DNA from: Candidatus Bathyarchaeota archaeon
GTDB lineage: Archaea > Thermoproteota > Bathyarchaeia > TCS64 > PIYN01
DNA: 64,000 nt
Assembly (NCBI GenBank): GCA_003601775.1
Contig: PIYN01000008.1
Coordinates: 18,880 to 82,879 of the forward strand
Direction: 5' to 3'
The notes under the pieces are model-generated. The model was not told the origin of the DNA. It ran no database searches and saw nothing but the letters and a program-made list of their open reading frames with translations. Positions 27,064 through 35,320 of the stretch are shown here, piece after piece. Position 1 is the stretch's first letter. Each line of letters starts with the position of its first letter. Position numbers and translations under genes: made by a program.

Positions 27064-27714
27064 TTGACGAGGCTCGAGGAGATCCTGAGGAGGGCGAGGG
27101 AGAGGCTGGAGGCGAAGGAGGAGGCTAAGAGGAGGTTAGAGGAGCTGACGAGGGGGGCGAGGGTGAGGGCGAAGCAGTCTATCCTACTCCTCCACAGGGG
27201 GGAGCGGGGAGCCGCTGAGGAGAAGTTGAAGGAGGCGAGGGGGCTCCTGGAGGAGGTTGGGGGGTTACTGAGGGAATACCCGGAGTTCTCCGCCCATGGA
27301 GGGGTCGCCGCGGCCTGGGAGGAGTACGCAGAGGCAAGGATCCTCAAGGCCTTGGGGGAGGAGGGCGACTTCCCCCTTCCCCTGGAGGTCCCCCTCGAGT
27401 CCTACCTCCTCGCCCTGGGGGACGTGGTGGGGGAACTCAGGAGGGGGGTGCTGGACGACCTGAGGGAGGGCAACTTCGAGGGGGCCGAAGAGAGGCTGAG
27501 GAGGATGGAGGAGATCTACGACGCCCTCGTCTCCACGGAAGAGGCCTCGCTCCTCCTCAAGGGAATGAGGAGGAAGATCGACGTGGCGAGGGGCGTCATA
27601 GAGGCGACCCGAGGGGACCTCGCCCTCGAGGCTGGGCGGAGGCGCCTGGCGAGGACCATCCAGGAGCTCATGGAGAGGATGGGAAGAGAGGGACATGGTG
27701 AGGTTCAGGGTTAG
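27064..27714 (+). CDS. Translin-family protein (archaeal translin-like nucleic-acid-binding protein)
   Basis: 216 aa and all-helical. Contains ESYLLALGDVVGELRRGVLDDLREGNFEGAEERLRRMEEIYDAL, which matches the translin C-terminal core pattern. It overlaps sepS by 20 nt. Confidence 0.7.
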   Translation: MTRLEEILRRARERLEAKEEAKRRLEELTRGARVRAKQSILLLHRGERGAAEEKLKEARGLLEEVGGLLREYPEFSAHGGVAAAWEEYAEARILKALGEEGDFPLPLEVPLESYLLALGDVVGELRRGVLDDLREGNFEGAEERLRRMEEIYDALVSTEEASLLLKGMRRKIDVARGVIEATRGDLALEAGRRRLARTIQELMERMGREGHGEVQG

Positions 27715-29278
27715 GGAGATACTGAAGGCTGCAGAGAAGGACTACGAGAGGGCCTGGAGGGAGACGGCGAAGCTCCTCCAGATCAAGGGGGGCCGCTTCA
27801 AGCTCAGGAGGATGGGGAGGCCGAACCCCATCTTCGAGATCATCGAGCGGGGGAGGCACGTCCTCCTGGAGATGGGGTTCGAGGAGATGCAGTTGCCCAT
27901 CATCGTCGACGAGGCCGAGGTCCGACGCCAGTACGGCCCCGAGGCGAACGTGATCCTGGATAGGTGCTTCTACCTCGCGAAGCTCCCCAGGCCGGAGATC
28001 GGCCTCGACGCCAGGCGGGTCGAGGAGATCAGGAGGATCATCCCAGGCTTTGAGAGGGTAGAGGAGCTGAAGGGCGTGCTGAGGAGGTATAAGGAGGGGA
28101 AGATAGAGGCGGATGACCTCATCGAGGTGATGGTCACGGAGCTCGGCCTCAGGGAGGAGGAGGCCTCGGCCATCCTCGACAGGGCCTTCCCGGAGTTCAA
28201 GGCCCTGAAGCCCATCCCCTCGACCCTGACCCTGAGGAGCCACACGACGAGCCTCTGGTTCCCCGTCCTCTCAGCCCTCCGGGACAGGCGGACGACCCCC
28301 CTCCAGCTCTTCCACATCGGACCCAAGTTCAGGAGGGAGGAGCGCCTCGACGCGAGCCACCTATATACGTCCTACACCATCTCCGTCGTCATCATGGACG
28401 AGGAGCTGGCCCTGGAGGACGGCCTCGAGATCTCCAGGGAGATCCTCCGAGGACTCGGCTTCCCGGAGGTGAGGGAGGAGAGGAAGAGGGCGACCTCCAA
28501 GTACTACGCGCCCGGGACGGAGTATGAGCTCTTCGTGAAGCACCCTAAGACGGGCCTCTGGGTCGAGGTCGGGAATGCCGGCCTCTACTCCCCGGTCTCT
28601 CTCGCCCAGTATGGGATAGAGTACCCCGTCTTCAACGTGGGCTTCGGCGTCGAGAGGATGGCGATGATAGAGACAGGGGAGGAGGACATACGGGCCCTGG
28701 CCTACCCCTACTTCTACAGGCCGTTCACCCTCACCGACGAGGAGATCGCGAAGGGGGTGCGTGTAGACCTACGGCCCGAGACGCCCCTGGGGAGGGAGAT
28801 CATGGAGTCCATCATCCGCGTCTGCGAGGAGCACCGAGACGACCCCTCCCCCGTGGTGAGGACGGCGTGGGAAGGGAGGGTCGACAATAGAAGGGTCAGG
28901 GTGGAGGTCTGGGAGGAGGACCCGGGGGTGAGACTCCTGGGACCAGCGGCCTTCAACGAGGTCTGGGTCCTGGACGGGTCCATCGTCGGGACACTGCCCG
29001 ATGAGGAGTTGAGGAGGAAGGGCGTGTCCACCGGGATCAGGTACGTGGACGCGATAGCGGCGAGGGCCGCCCGGCTCTTTGAGGAGGTTCTCAACCGAGA
29101 CATCAGTGGAGAGGAGCCGGGCACCTTGGAGTCGGTCGAGGTCCGCGTGGCCAAGCTCCCCTCCGATGTGAACCTGAGGATCGAGAGGCCCGTGAGGCGC
29201 TTCGTGAGCTCCAAGCAGAAGAGGATCGACGTCCGGGGGCCGGTCTTCATGAGGGTGAGGCTCGTCCTCTTGGCGTAA
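27695..29278 (+). CDS. sepS: O-phosphoserine--tRNA(Cys) ligase (SepRS)
   Basis: 527 aa. Contains NVILDRCFYLAKLPRPEIGLD, the class-II motifs FHIGPKFRREE and FNVGFGVERMAM, and a PheRS-alpha-like core. Confidence 0.82.
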   Translation: MVRFRVREILKAAEKDYERAWRETAKLLQIKGGRFKLRRMGRPNPIFEIIERGRHVLLEMGFEEMQLPIIVDEAEVRRQYGPEANVILDRCFYLAKLPRPEIGLDARRVEEIRRIIPGFERVEELKGVLRRYKEGKIEADDLIEVMVTELGLREEEASAILDRAFPEFKALKPIPSTLTLRSHTTSLWFPVLSALRDRRTTPLQLFHIGPKFRREERLDASHLYTSYTISVVIMDEELALEDGLEISREILRGLGFPEVREERKRATSKYYAPGTEYELFVKHPKTGLWVEVGNAGLYSPVSLAQYGIEYPVFNVGFGVERMAMIETGEEDIRALAYPYFYRPFTLTDEEIAKGVRVDLRPETPLGREIMESIIRVCEEHRDDPSPVVRTAWEGRVDNRRVRVEVWEEDPGVRLLGPAAFNEVWVLDGSIVGTLPDEELRRKGVSTGIRYVDAIAARAARLFEEVLNRDISGEEPGTLESVEVRVAKLPSDVNLRIERPVRRFVSSKQKRIDVRGPVFMRVRLVLLA

Positions 29279-29348
29279 CGCCTCTGGCCTGGGCCCCAGT
29301 AACCTTTATTAGGTCCCCTCTGGGATGTAGAGGTCACTCAGCCCGATA

Positions 29349-30590
29349 GTGATTGTGATGTCGGATAAGTCCAAGAGAGGAGGCCTCCTGAGGGGGAACA
29401 TAGGCGTCATGATACTGACCTCAGGCATCTGGACCCTCGCAGGCTCCATGACCGGCCCCTTCTTCTCCCTCTACGTCCTTGAGCTGGGCGGAAACTACGT
29501 GGACATAGGCCTCATCTCGGCCCTGGGGGCCCTCATAAGGGTCCTCCCCTCCCTCCTTGGAGGATACCTCGCCGACTCCGTGGGGAGGAAGAGGATGGTC
29601 TACTCCATGAGCTTCCTCCTCTCCCTCAATCAACTCCTCTACGCCTTCGCCCCCCACTACGAGTTCCTCCTCATAGCCATCTCACTGGACGCCCTCTGGG
29701 GAGGGTTGAGGGGGCCCGCCTTCTCCGCTATCATCGCGGACTCGACGAGGCCGGAGAACAGGGCCCTCTCCTACGCCGTATGGCAGATCGTACCGCCCCT
29801 CTTCGGCCTCCTCTCCCCCTACATGATCGGGGTACTCATGGATAGGTATGGAATCCTGAGGGCGATGAGGTGGGCCTACCTCGCCGTCTTTGTAGCCTCC
29901 TCCATCGCCTCCCTCCTCAGGTACAAGCTCCTCGAGGAGACCCTCCCCCCGGAGAACAGGAGGGGGACGGGCCTGAGAAAGGCCCTCAGGGAGACCTTCT
30001 CGGACTTCAAGGTCACCTTCAAATCTCTCCCCAAGCAGCTCTGGGTGATGCTTGGTGTCAACTTCATCTTGAACTTCGCCTACTCCCTCTGCGGCCCCTA
30101 CTTCGTCACCTACGCAAAGGACGAGATCGGCCTCACAGCGGCCCAGTGGGGCTTCATCTCCACGATCATCACGTTGATCGGTACGGGGGTGAGGCTCCCG
30201 GCGGCCTGGGCCTCAGACCGCTACGGGCGATTGAAGTTCATCCTGCCTAGCCTCTTCCTCATGCCCATCACCTTCTTCCTCTTCATGAACGCCGAGGGCT
30301 TCTCCCAGGTCATGATGATCCGAGGTGCGATGGCGGCGCTGGACAGCCTCCAAGGCCCCGCCGGCTCGGCGATCCTCATCGACTTCTCCCCGAGGGAGCA
30401 CAGGGGCAGGATCAACGCCATAGTCGGCGTCTCCGGGGGGCTCCTCAGCTCGGCGGGGAGTCTCATGGGTGGAGTGCTCTACCAGGAGGTCTCGACGGAG
30501 GCCCCCTTCTTCACGGCCTCAGCCCTCCTCTCAGCGGGGGCGGTATACGCCCTCCTAGCCCTCAAGGAGCCGAGGGAGAGGGAGGAATAG
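29349..30590 (+). CDS. MFS transporter
   Basis: 413 aa with 12 predicted TM segments. Has the loop motif GGYLADSVGRKRM between TM2 and TM3. Confidence 0.85.
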   Translation: MIVMSDKSKRGGLLRGNIGVMILTSGIWTLAGSMTGPFFSLYVLELGGNYVDIGLISALGALIRVLPSLLGGYLADSVGRKRMVYSMSFLLSLNQLLYAFAPHYEFLLIAISLDALWGGLRGPAFSAIIADSTRPENRALSYAVWQIVPPLFGLLSPYMIGVLMDRYGILRAMRWAYLAVFVASSIASLLRYKLLEETLPPENRRGTGLRKALRETFSDFKVTFKSLPKQLWVMLGVNFILNFAYSLCGPYFVTYAKDEIGLTAAQWGFISTIITLIGTGVRLPAAWASDRYGRLKFILPSLFLMPITFFLFMNAEGFSQVMMIRGAMAALDSLQGPAGSAILIDFSPREHRGRINAIVGVSGGLLSSAGSLMGGVLYQEVSTEAPFFTASALLSAGAVYALLALKEPREREE

Positions 30591-30620
30591 GGGGCACCCT
30601 ATTAACCGAGAGGTATCGGG

Positions 30621-31475
30621 TCAGGGCTTACTGATCGGCTGCCACCGCCAGCTTCCTTCCTCCTGAACGATACGGCCCAGGCCCGGGAAGGGGAAATGGA
30701 AGGCGGCTACCAGCATCTCCTCAGCGCTGGCCCGGTCGAGGAGCCTTCTCCTGGTCGCTATGGCCTGCGCGGGATAGAGGTCGACGGCTGAGTACCAGTC
30801 CGGCCGCTCCAAGTGGAGGGGGTGGATCGCGGCGTCGGCGACGGCCAACATCCGCTCTCCCCCCGAGGAGACATCCAGCGCTATGTGCCCTGGTGTGTGG
30901 CCGGGGGCGACGACGGCGTGGATGCCGGGCATGATCTCCCCCTCATGGTCGAGGAGTTGGAGCTGTCCTCGGATAGGTAGGAGGTTGTTGACGGCGGAGG
31001 TGACGAGGATCTTCTTAACGTGTTCCTCTACCTTCAGCTCCTTCAGGCTGGGCTCTGAGGTCCAGAAATCCCACTCCCTCTCCCACATGACGAAGTGGGC
31101 TCTGGGGAAGGCAGGCCTCCCCTTGACGATGTTCCCGCCGATGTGGTCTGGGTGTCCATGGGTGATAACGACAGTGTCGATCTCCTCGGCAGAGATCCCC
31201 TCGGCCTGAAGATTTTGAAGTAGCCTACCCGTGTCCACCAACACCCGGTGCCTACCCGTATTGATCATGAGACAGGTGTACGGGCTTACCCACTCCCCCC
31301 ATCTTTCCAATCTGACTCCGTGCCCACGAAGCGCCTCCCTAAGTCGCTCCCTCGGGGCGTTAGCGAAGAGGAGGGCGGCCGGGTTGGGGTATGTGAAGGT
31401 GCCATCCCGGAGGGCCCTGCACTCGAAGGCCCCAACTCTGAACCGGTATACTTCAGGGCCAGTAAATTGCTTCAC
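30621..31475 (-). CDS. MBL-fold metallo-hydrolase
   Basis: Contains VVITHGHPDHIGG and PGHTPGH. The ORF extends to 31547, but those 24 extra codons lie in AT-rich promoter-like DNA. The in-frame GTG at 31475 is preferred. Confidence 0.82.
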   Translation of the reverse strand: MKQFTGPEVYRFRVGAFECRALRDGTFTYPNPAALLFANAPRERLREALRGHGVRLERWGEWVSPYTCLMINTGRHRVLVDTGRLLQNLQAEGISAEEIDTVVITHGHPDHIGGNIVKGRPAFPRAHFVMWEREWDFWTSEPSLKELKVEEHVKKILVTSAVNNLLPIRGQLQLLDHEGEIMPGIHAVVAPGHTPGHIALDVSSGGERMLAVADAAIHPLHLERPDWYSAVDLYPAQAIATRRRLLDRASAEEMLVAAFHFPFPGLGRIVQEEGSWRWQPISKP

Positions 31476-31588
31476 CCCTAAATTTATGATTAATTTGATA
31501 TTAAAGACTTGCCATGACGGTGGCATAGAGGGAGGGCACTTCATCAAAAGCCTTTAGTTTCCTCCTACTCACCACTAAATTAGGCGGT

Positions 31589-32557
31589 TTGGTCGGTAAG
31601 GAGTCCCCGCTCAGCATCGACCTCTACCAAGAGGTTTACAGGTTGATTAGGGAGATACCCCGAGGTAGGGTCTCAACTCTGAGGGATATCTCAGAGGCCC
31701 TCGGGGATAGAAGGGCGGCGAGGGCGGTCTGGGAGATAATCAGATCTATGAAGCCATCTCCCGAACTACCCCTCCATCGAGTCGTCTCTGTGAAGGGGAC
31801 TCCCCTCTGCCTCGGCGGATCCGGAGAACGCTGCCTGGAGCTCCTGAAGGAGGAGAGGGTGGAGATCGTAGGGAGGGCTGTCTCACCCCTTGAGGCGCAT
31901 ATTTTCAGGGACTTCAGGACAGACTTCCCCCTCAGAAGGCTTCGAGAGGTCCAGGAGAGGCTGGCCGAGGAGGTGGTCCTGGAGGACAGATTCAAGGGCC
32001 CGGTGGAGGTGGTGGCCGGCGTGGACGTGGCCTACAGAGGAAGGAGGGGCTTCGGCGTCTGCGTGGTCATGGATCGGGACTTCAGGGTCTTGGAGGAAGA
32101 GGAGGTGGAGGCCCCGGTCTCCTTCCCCTATATCTCCACCTACCTGACCTTCAGGGAGGGACCCATCGTGATGGAGGCGCTGAGACGGGTGAGGGAGACC
32201 TTCGACGCCCTGATGATAAACGGACATGGGATCGCCCATCCCAGGGGATGCGGCATAGCGACCCATGTGGGGGTCCTCCTCGGCGATAAGCCGACGATAG
32301 GCGTGGCGACGAGGAGGCTCGTGGGGATGGTGAAGGGTGAGGGAGAGGGCGGTTGGGCCCCCCTCGAGTTCAGGGGGAGGATCGTCGCCGCGGAGATACG
32401 GAGGAAGGATCATGGGGCGATCTACGTCTCACCGGGGAACAACATAACCCTGGAGGGATGCTTGAAGGTGGTGAAGGCCTTTCTGGGGAGGCATAGACTC
32501 CCAGAGCCCCTATGGGCGGCCCACACCAGGGCAAGAGACCTATCCAGAGGTCGATAA
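31589..32557 (+). CDS. nfi: Fusion protein: alkyltransferase-like (MGMT DNA-binding domain, Cys replaced) plus endonuclease V
   Basis: The N-terminal ~95 aa read VYRLIREIPRGRVSTLRDISEALGDRRAARAVWEII...LPLHRVVSVKG, with PLHRV in place of PCHRV. The C-terminal part carries EndoV motifs GVDVAY, PYISTYLTFREGP and INGHGIAHPRGCGIATHVGV. Confidence 0.85.
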   Translation: MVGKESPLSIDLYQEVYRLIREIPRGRVSTLRDISEALGDRRAARAVWEIIRSMKPSPELPLHRVVSVKGTPLCLGGSGERCLELLKEERVEIVGRAVSPLEAHIFRDFRTDFPLRRLREVQERLAEEVVLEDRFKGPVEVVAGVDVAYRGRRGFGVCVVMDRDFRVLEEEEVEAPVSFPYISTYLTFREGPIVMEALRRVRETFDALMINGHGIAHPRGCGIATHVGVLLGDKPTIGVATRRLVGMVKGEGEGGWAPLEFRGRIVAAEIRRKDHGAIYVSPGNNITLEGCLKVVKAFLGRHRLPEPLWAAHTRARDLSRGR

Positions 32558-32560
32558 GAT

Positions 32561-32568
32561 TTTAAAAA
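32561..32568 (+). promoter_or_regulatory. TATA-box-like element for tRNA-Pro
   Basis: tttaaaaa lies 20-27 nt upstream of the tRNA 5' end. Confidence 0.45.
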
Positions 32569-32587
32569 GCGTCGGGGAAGTCATCTG

Positions 32588-32666
32588 GGGGCCGTGGTCC
32601 AGCTTGGTCTACGATCCGCGGCTCGGGCCCGCGGGGTCCCCGGTTCAAATCCGGGCGGCCCCACCA
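32588..32666 (+). tRNA. tRNA-Pro (anticodon CGG), CCA encoded
   Basis: GGGGCCGTGGTCCAGCTTGGTCTACGATCCGCGGCTCGGGCCCGCGGGGTCCCCGGTTCAAATCCGGGCGGCCCCACCA. It has a 7-bp acceptor stem, anticodon stem CGCGG/CCGCG, loop CTCGGGC with G37, and a TTCAAAT T-loop. Confidence 0.92.
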
Positions 32667-32701
32667 CCTCTTTCGAGGTTATCCCGCTTCCCAACTCATC
32701 G

Positions 32702-33697
32702 CTAATACTTGATTATCTTGTATTCATTTCTGCACGGTGGCCCGTCACAGACGAAGACATGTCGCTTGCCAAGGGGAGCGATCCAAGACCAGATCGTGCC
32801 CGCTCTCTCTCCGTCCCAGATTCCATGGTTACATACGCCTCTCTCATGGTCGCTCAATACAAACTTTATATCATCAATACCGATCGGACCTTCACGACCT
32901 TTGAACCATCTTACTATGTTAGAGAGCCTTCTGATACTGTTCTCAAGTGGATAGTCTTCCAACTCAAATACCTTCATCTCAGGAGACTGATAGTGATTTG
33001 TAGTAGCGGCAAACCCTCCCTCAGCGTTCCTTATTACGACTTTCTCAGACGCAGTTTCGACCAAGGCTATATTACCGTCTCGGTCGGCTATTAGGAAGTT
33101 ATGCCCGATCTGGTGGGGGATCTCCTCTAAATATGAGGCTGCTTCCTCTGTGGTCTTAAATGTGTCGAGTATCCATCTGGTGGCGACGTTCATCCTCACA
33201 CCCGGGACTGGTTTCTTGGAGTAACCTAGTATAGCAGATACTGCAACAGCCAGGCCAGCTTCGTTTACACCACCGTAGCGTCCCACTGGGTGGTCCGTGA
33301 AGGATAGGCTCGTCAATCCGCCACTTGGGCTGGTTACAACGCTCGTGAAGTACTGATTGGCTCTCTCATACCAGTCATAGTTTCGTGCAAATAGGGGGGT
33401 TTCATCGATTGTATGCTCAGCGGAGACGGCAAAGATGCTACATCGGGGCTCGATGCCAAGGGCGAGTACGAAAGTGTTGAGGAGTTGGAGGTCGATCGAA
33501 CAAGCCTCCGCTATGCCTCGGAGTTCCTGGAGCAGCCCGGGGGCATACTCACGCACATAGACCTCACACTCCCGTGCAAACTGGATCTTCTCCTTTGATG
33601 CGGGGGGAGGGAAGAACTTACCCTTAAGGAACCCTCCCATCTGTAGACCCATCTCATAGTAAGATCCAGACAAACGGTGCTGGAACAAAGGGCTCAC
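32702..33697 (-). CDS. Peptidase C45 / acyl-CoA:6-APA acyltransferase-like Ntn hydrolase
   Basis: 331 aa. A candidate autoprocessing site is GIEPRCSIFAV. Also contains FARNYDW and GVNEAGLAV. Its GC is clearly lower (about 45%) than the neighbours. Confidence 0.65.
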   Translation of the reverse strand: MSPLFQHRLSGSYYEMGLQMGGFLKGKFFPPPASKEKIQFARECEVYVREYAPGLLQELRGIAEACSIDLQLLNTFVLALGIEPRCSIFAVSAEHTIDETPLFARNYDWYERANQYFTSVVTSPSGGLTSLSFTDHPVGRYGGVNEAGLAVAVSAILGYSKKPVPGVRMNVATRWILDTFKTTEEAASYLEEIPHQIGHNFLIADRDGNIALVETASEKVVIRNAEGGFAATTNHYQSPEMKVFELEDYPLENSIRRLSNIVRWFKGREGPIGIDDIKFVLSDHERGVCNHGIWDGERAGTIWSWIAPLGKRHVFVCDGPPCRNEYKIIKY

Positions 33698-33813
33698 TTG
33701 AGCTTTATATTGAGATATCTTTCATAAAGGTTATGTCGAATTGCGAGGACGCGCAAACTTATCCGAGAGGTTTTTATGGGTGAAGATTAATTAAGTGAGA
33801 TTCATTTAAAATT

Positions 33814-34185
33814 TTGGGGATGTTCTGGAAGAGGCGTGAGAGGTTGAACTTTCCGACTGAGACCTTGGAGGGAGAGGAGTACTACGTCGTTAAGCCGGAT
33901 GACGTCTCTCAACTGGATGATGTGAGGGTGAGGTTCGAAGGGACTATCGCGGAGAAGCCCGTCGTCGAGTTCTACGCCGCCGGGTGGCCATGGAGCATCA
34001 GCGCCCGCCTCATAGAGGAGGACCACGGCCATAGGACGATCCTCAAGGTCAGCGGCGTCCCCGTCTACTTCAAGGGGCCTGCCTACCTGAGGATGGGGGA
34101 GAGGGTCACCGTCTGGGGGGAGGTCAAGGACGGGGTGGTCGAGGCGAGGAGGATCGAGGGGGAGGATGTCATCTACACCGTTTGA
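33814..34185 (+). CDS. Hypothetical protein (123 aa), possibly OB-fold-like
   Basis: ORF with native codon usage and a TATA-like tttaaaatt just upstream. The beta-rich end GERVTVWGEVKDGVVEARRIEGEDVIY suggests an OB fold. Confidence 0.55.
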   Translation: MGMFWKRRERLNFPTETLEGEEYYVVKPDDVSQLDDVRVRFEGTIAEKPVVEFYAAGWPWSISARLIEEDHGHRTILKVSGVPVYFKGPAYLRMGERVTVWGEVKDGVVEARRIEGEDVIYTV

Positions 34186-34232
34186 GGCTTCTTGATGAAG
34201 CTTTTCCTAGATTGTGAATCGGGGGCCTCGGG

Positions 34233-35288
34233 TTGTCCGACGTTGAAGCGATGATTCAAAGCGGGTTGCTATCCATTTACGAGAGAAGGTTTCCATCGAG
34301 GAAGGAGATACGGATCTACAACATCAAGGGGATGAGGGGTGGTTGGGAGACCGAGCTCTACTCCTTTACAATCGAGTACAGGGAAGCTACGGGGCGTAGG
34401 ACCGAGGATCTGGTCTTGAGGATATATCCCGGGGACGACGCCCTCCAGAAGTCCGTGAAGGAGTTCAAGGTGATGAGGGCTCTCCACGAACTCGGCTTCC
34501 CTGTCCCCAAGGTCCTGCTGTTAGAACTGGGCGACAACCCCTTCGGCAGGCCCTTCGTCATCATGGAGAGGGTCGAAGGCCGATCGATGCGGGACGTCCT
34601 CCTTGAATCAGCGGGGGAGAGGCGACGGGAACTGATAATGTTGTTCTGCAAGATCCTCGCCGATCTCCACTTCCTTGACTGGAGGCCCTTCGTCGAGCTC
34701 GTCTCCCCTGACCTGTCTCTCTACGAAACGAGAGACGCCTACGCGTGGATCGACCATAAGCTCTCGGAGATGAAGAGGGCGATCGACCGTTTTCATAGGG
34801 ACGAGTTTGGGCCCCTCCTCGACTGGTTGGAGGCAAGGAGCATGGAGGTCCCCTGTGAGCGTCCTTCCCTCATCCACGGGGACTATCACCCAGATAACAT
34901 CATATTAAGGAAGGACGATGTGGCCTTCGTCATCGACTGGGGGGCTGCTGACATCGCCGATTATCGAAGTGACTTGGCGTGGACGCTCCTGCTGGTGGGT
35001 ACATACTGGGGTCCAGAGGCACGTGAGGCAATCCTTAGAGGATATGAGCAGGCCTCGGGCCACAGGGTCACGCGGATCGAGTACTTCGAGGTCATGGCGA
35101 TACTCAGGAGACTCCTCGACGTCTCGGTCTCCCTCAGTGAGGGGGCCGGGAGGAGGGGCATGCGGCCTGGGGCGGAGGAGAAGATGAGGAGAGATGCCGA
35201 TCATCTGAGGAGGGTCTACGCACTCTTGATTGCGAGGACGGGGATAGCCATACCAGAGGTAGAGCGGCTGCTCTCAGCCCTCACTTAA
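34233..35288 (+). CDS. Aminoglycoside/choline-kinase-family phosphotransferase (APH fold)
   Basis: 351 aa. Catalytic loop LIHGDYHPDNIIL and metal-binding VIDWGAADIADYRSDLA. Confidence 0.8.
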   Translation: MSDVEAMIQSGLLSIYERRFPSRKEIRIYNIKGMRGGWETELYSFTIEYREATGRRTEDLVLRIYPGDDALQKSVKEFKVMRALHELGFPVPKVLLLELGDNPFGRPFVIMERVEGRSMRDVLLESAGERRRELIMLFCKILADLHFLDWRPFVELVSPDLSLYETRDAYAWIDHKLSEMKRAIDRFHRDEFGPLLDWLEARSMEVPCERPSLIHGDYHPDNIILRKDDVAFVIDWGAADIADYRSDLAWTLLLVGTYWGPEAREAILRGYEQASGHRVTRIEYFEVMAILRRLLDVSVSLSEGAGRRGMRPGAEEKMRRDADHLRRVYALLIARTGIAIPEVERLLSALT

Positions 35289-35320
35289 CCGCGGTTCCCC
35301 TCCATGTATAAGCAGACGCC

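Noticed and set aside
32594-33094. 166-aa plus-strand ORF
   Set aside because: It starts inside tRNA-Pro and is antisense to the C45-peptidase gene.
32667-33813. Search for an att-like direct repeat of the tRNA-Pro 3' end at the far side of the low-GC segment
   Set aside because: I found no copy of the ggttcaaatccggg core by eye. The insertion hypothesis therefore rests on composition only, and I kept it as a modest-interest finding rather than annotating a mobile element.
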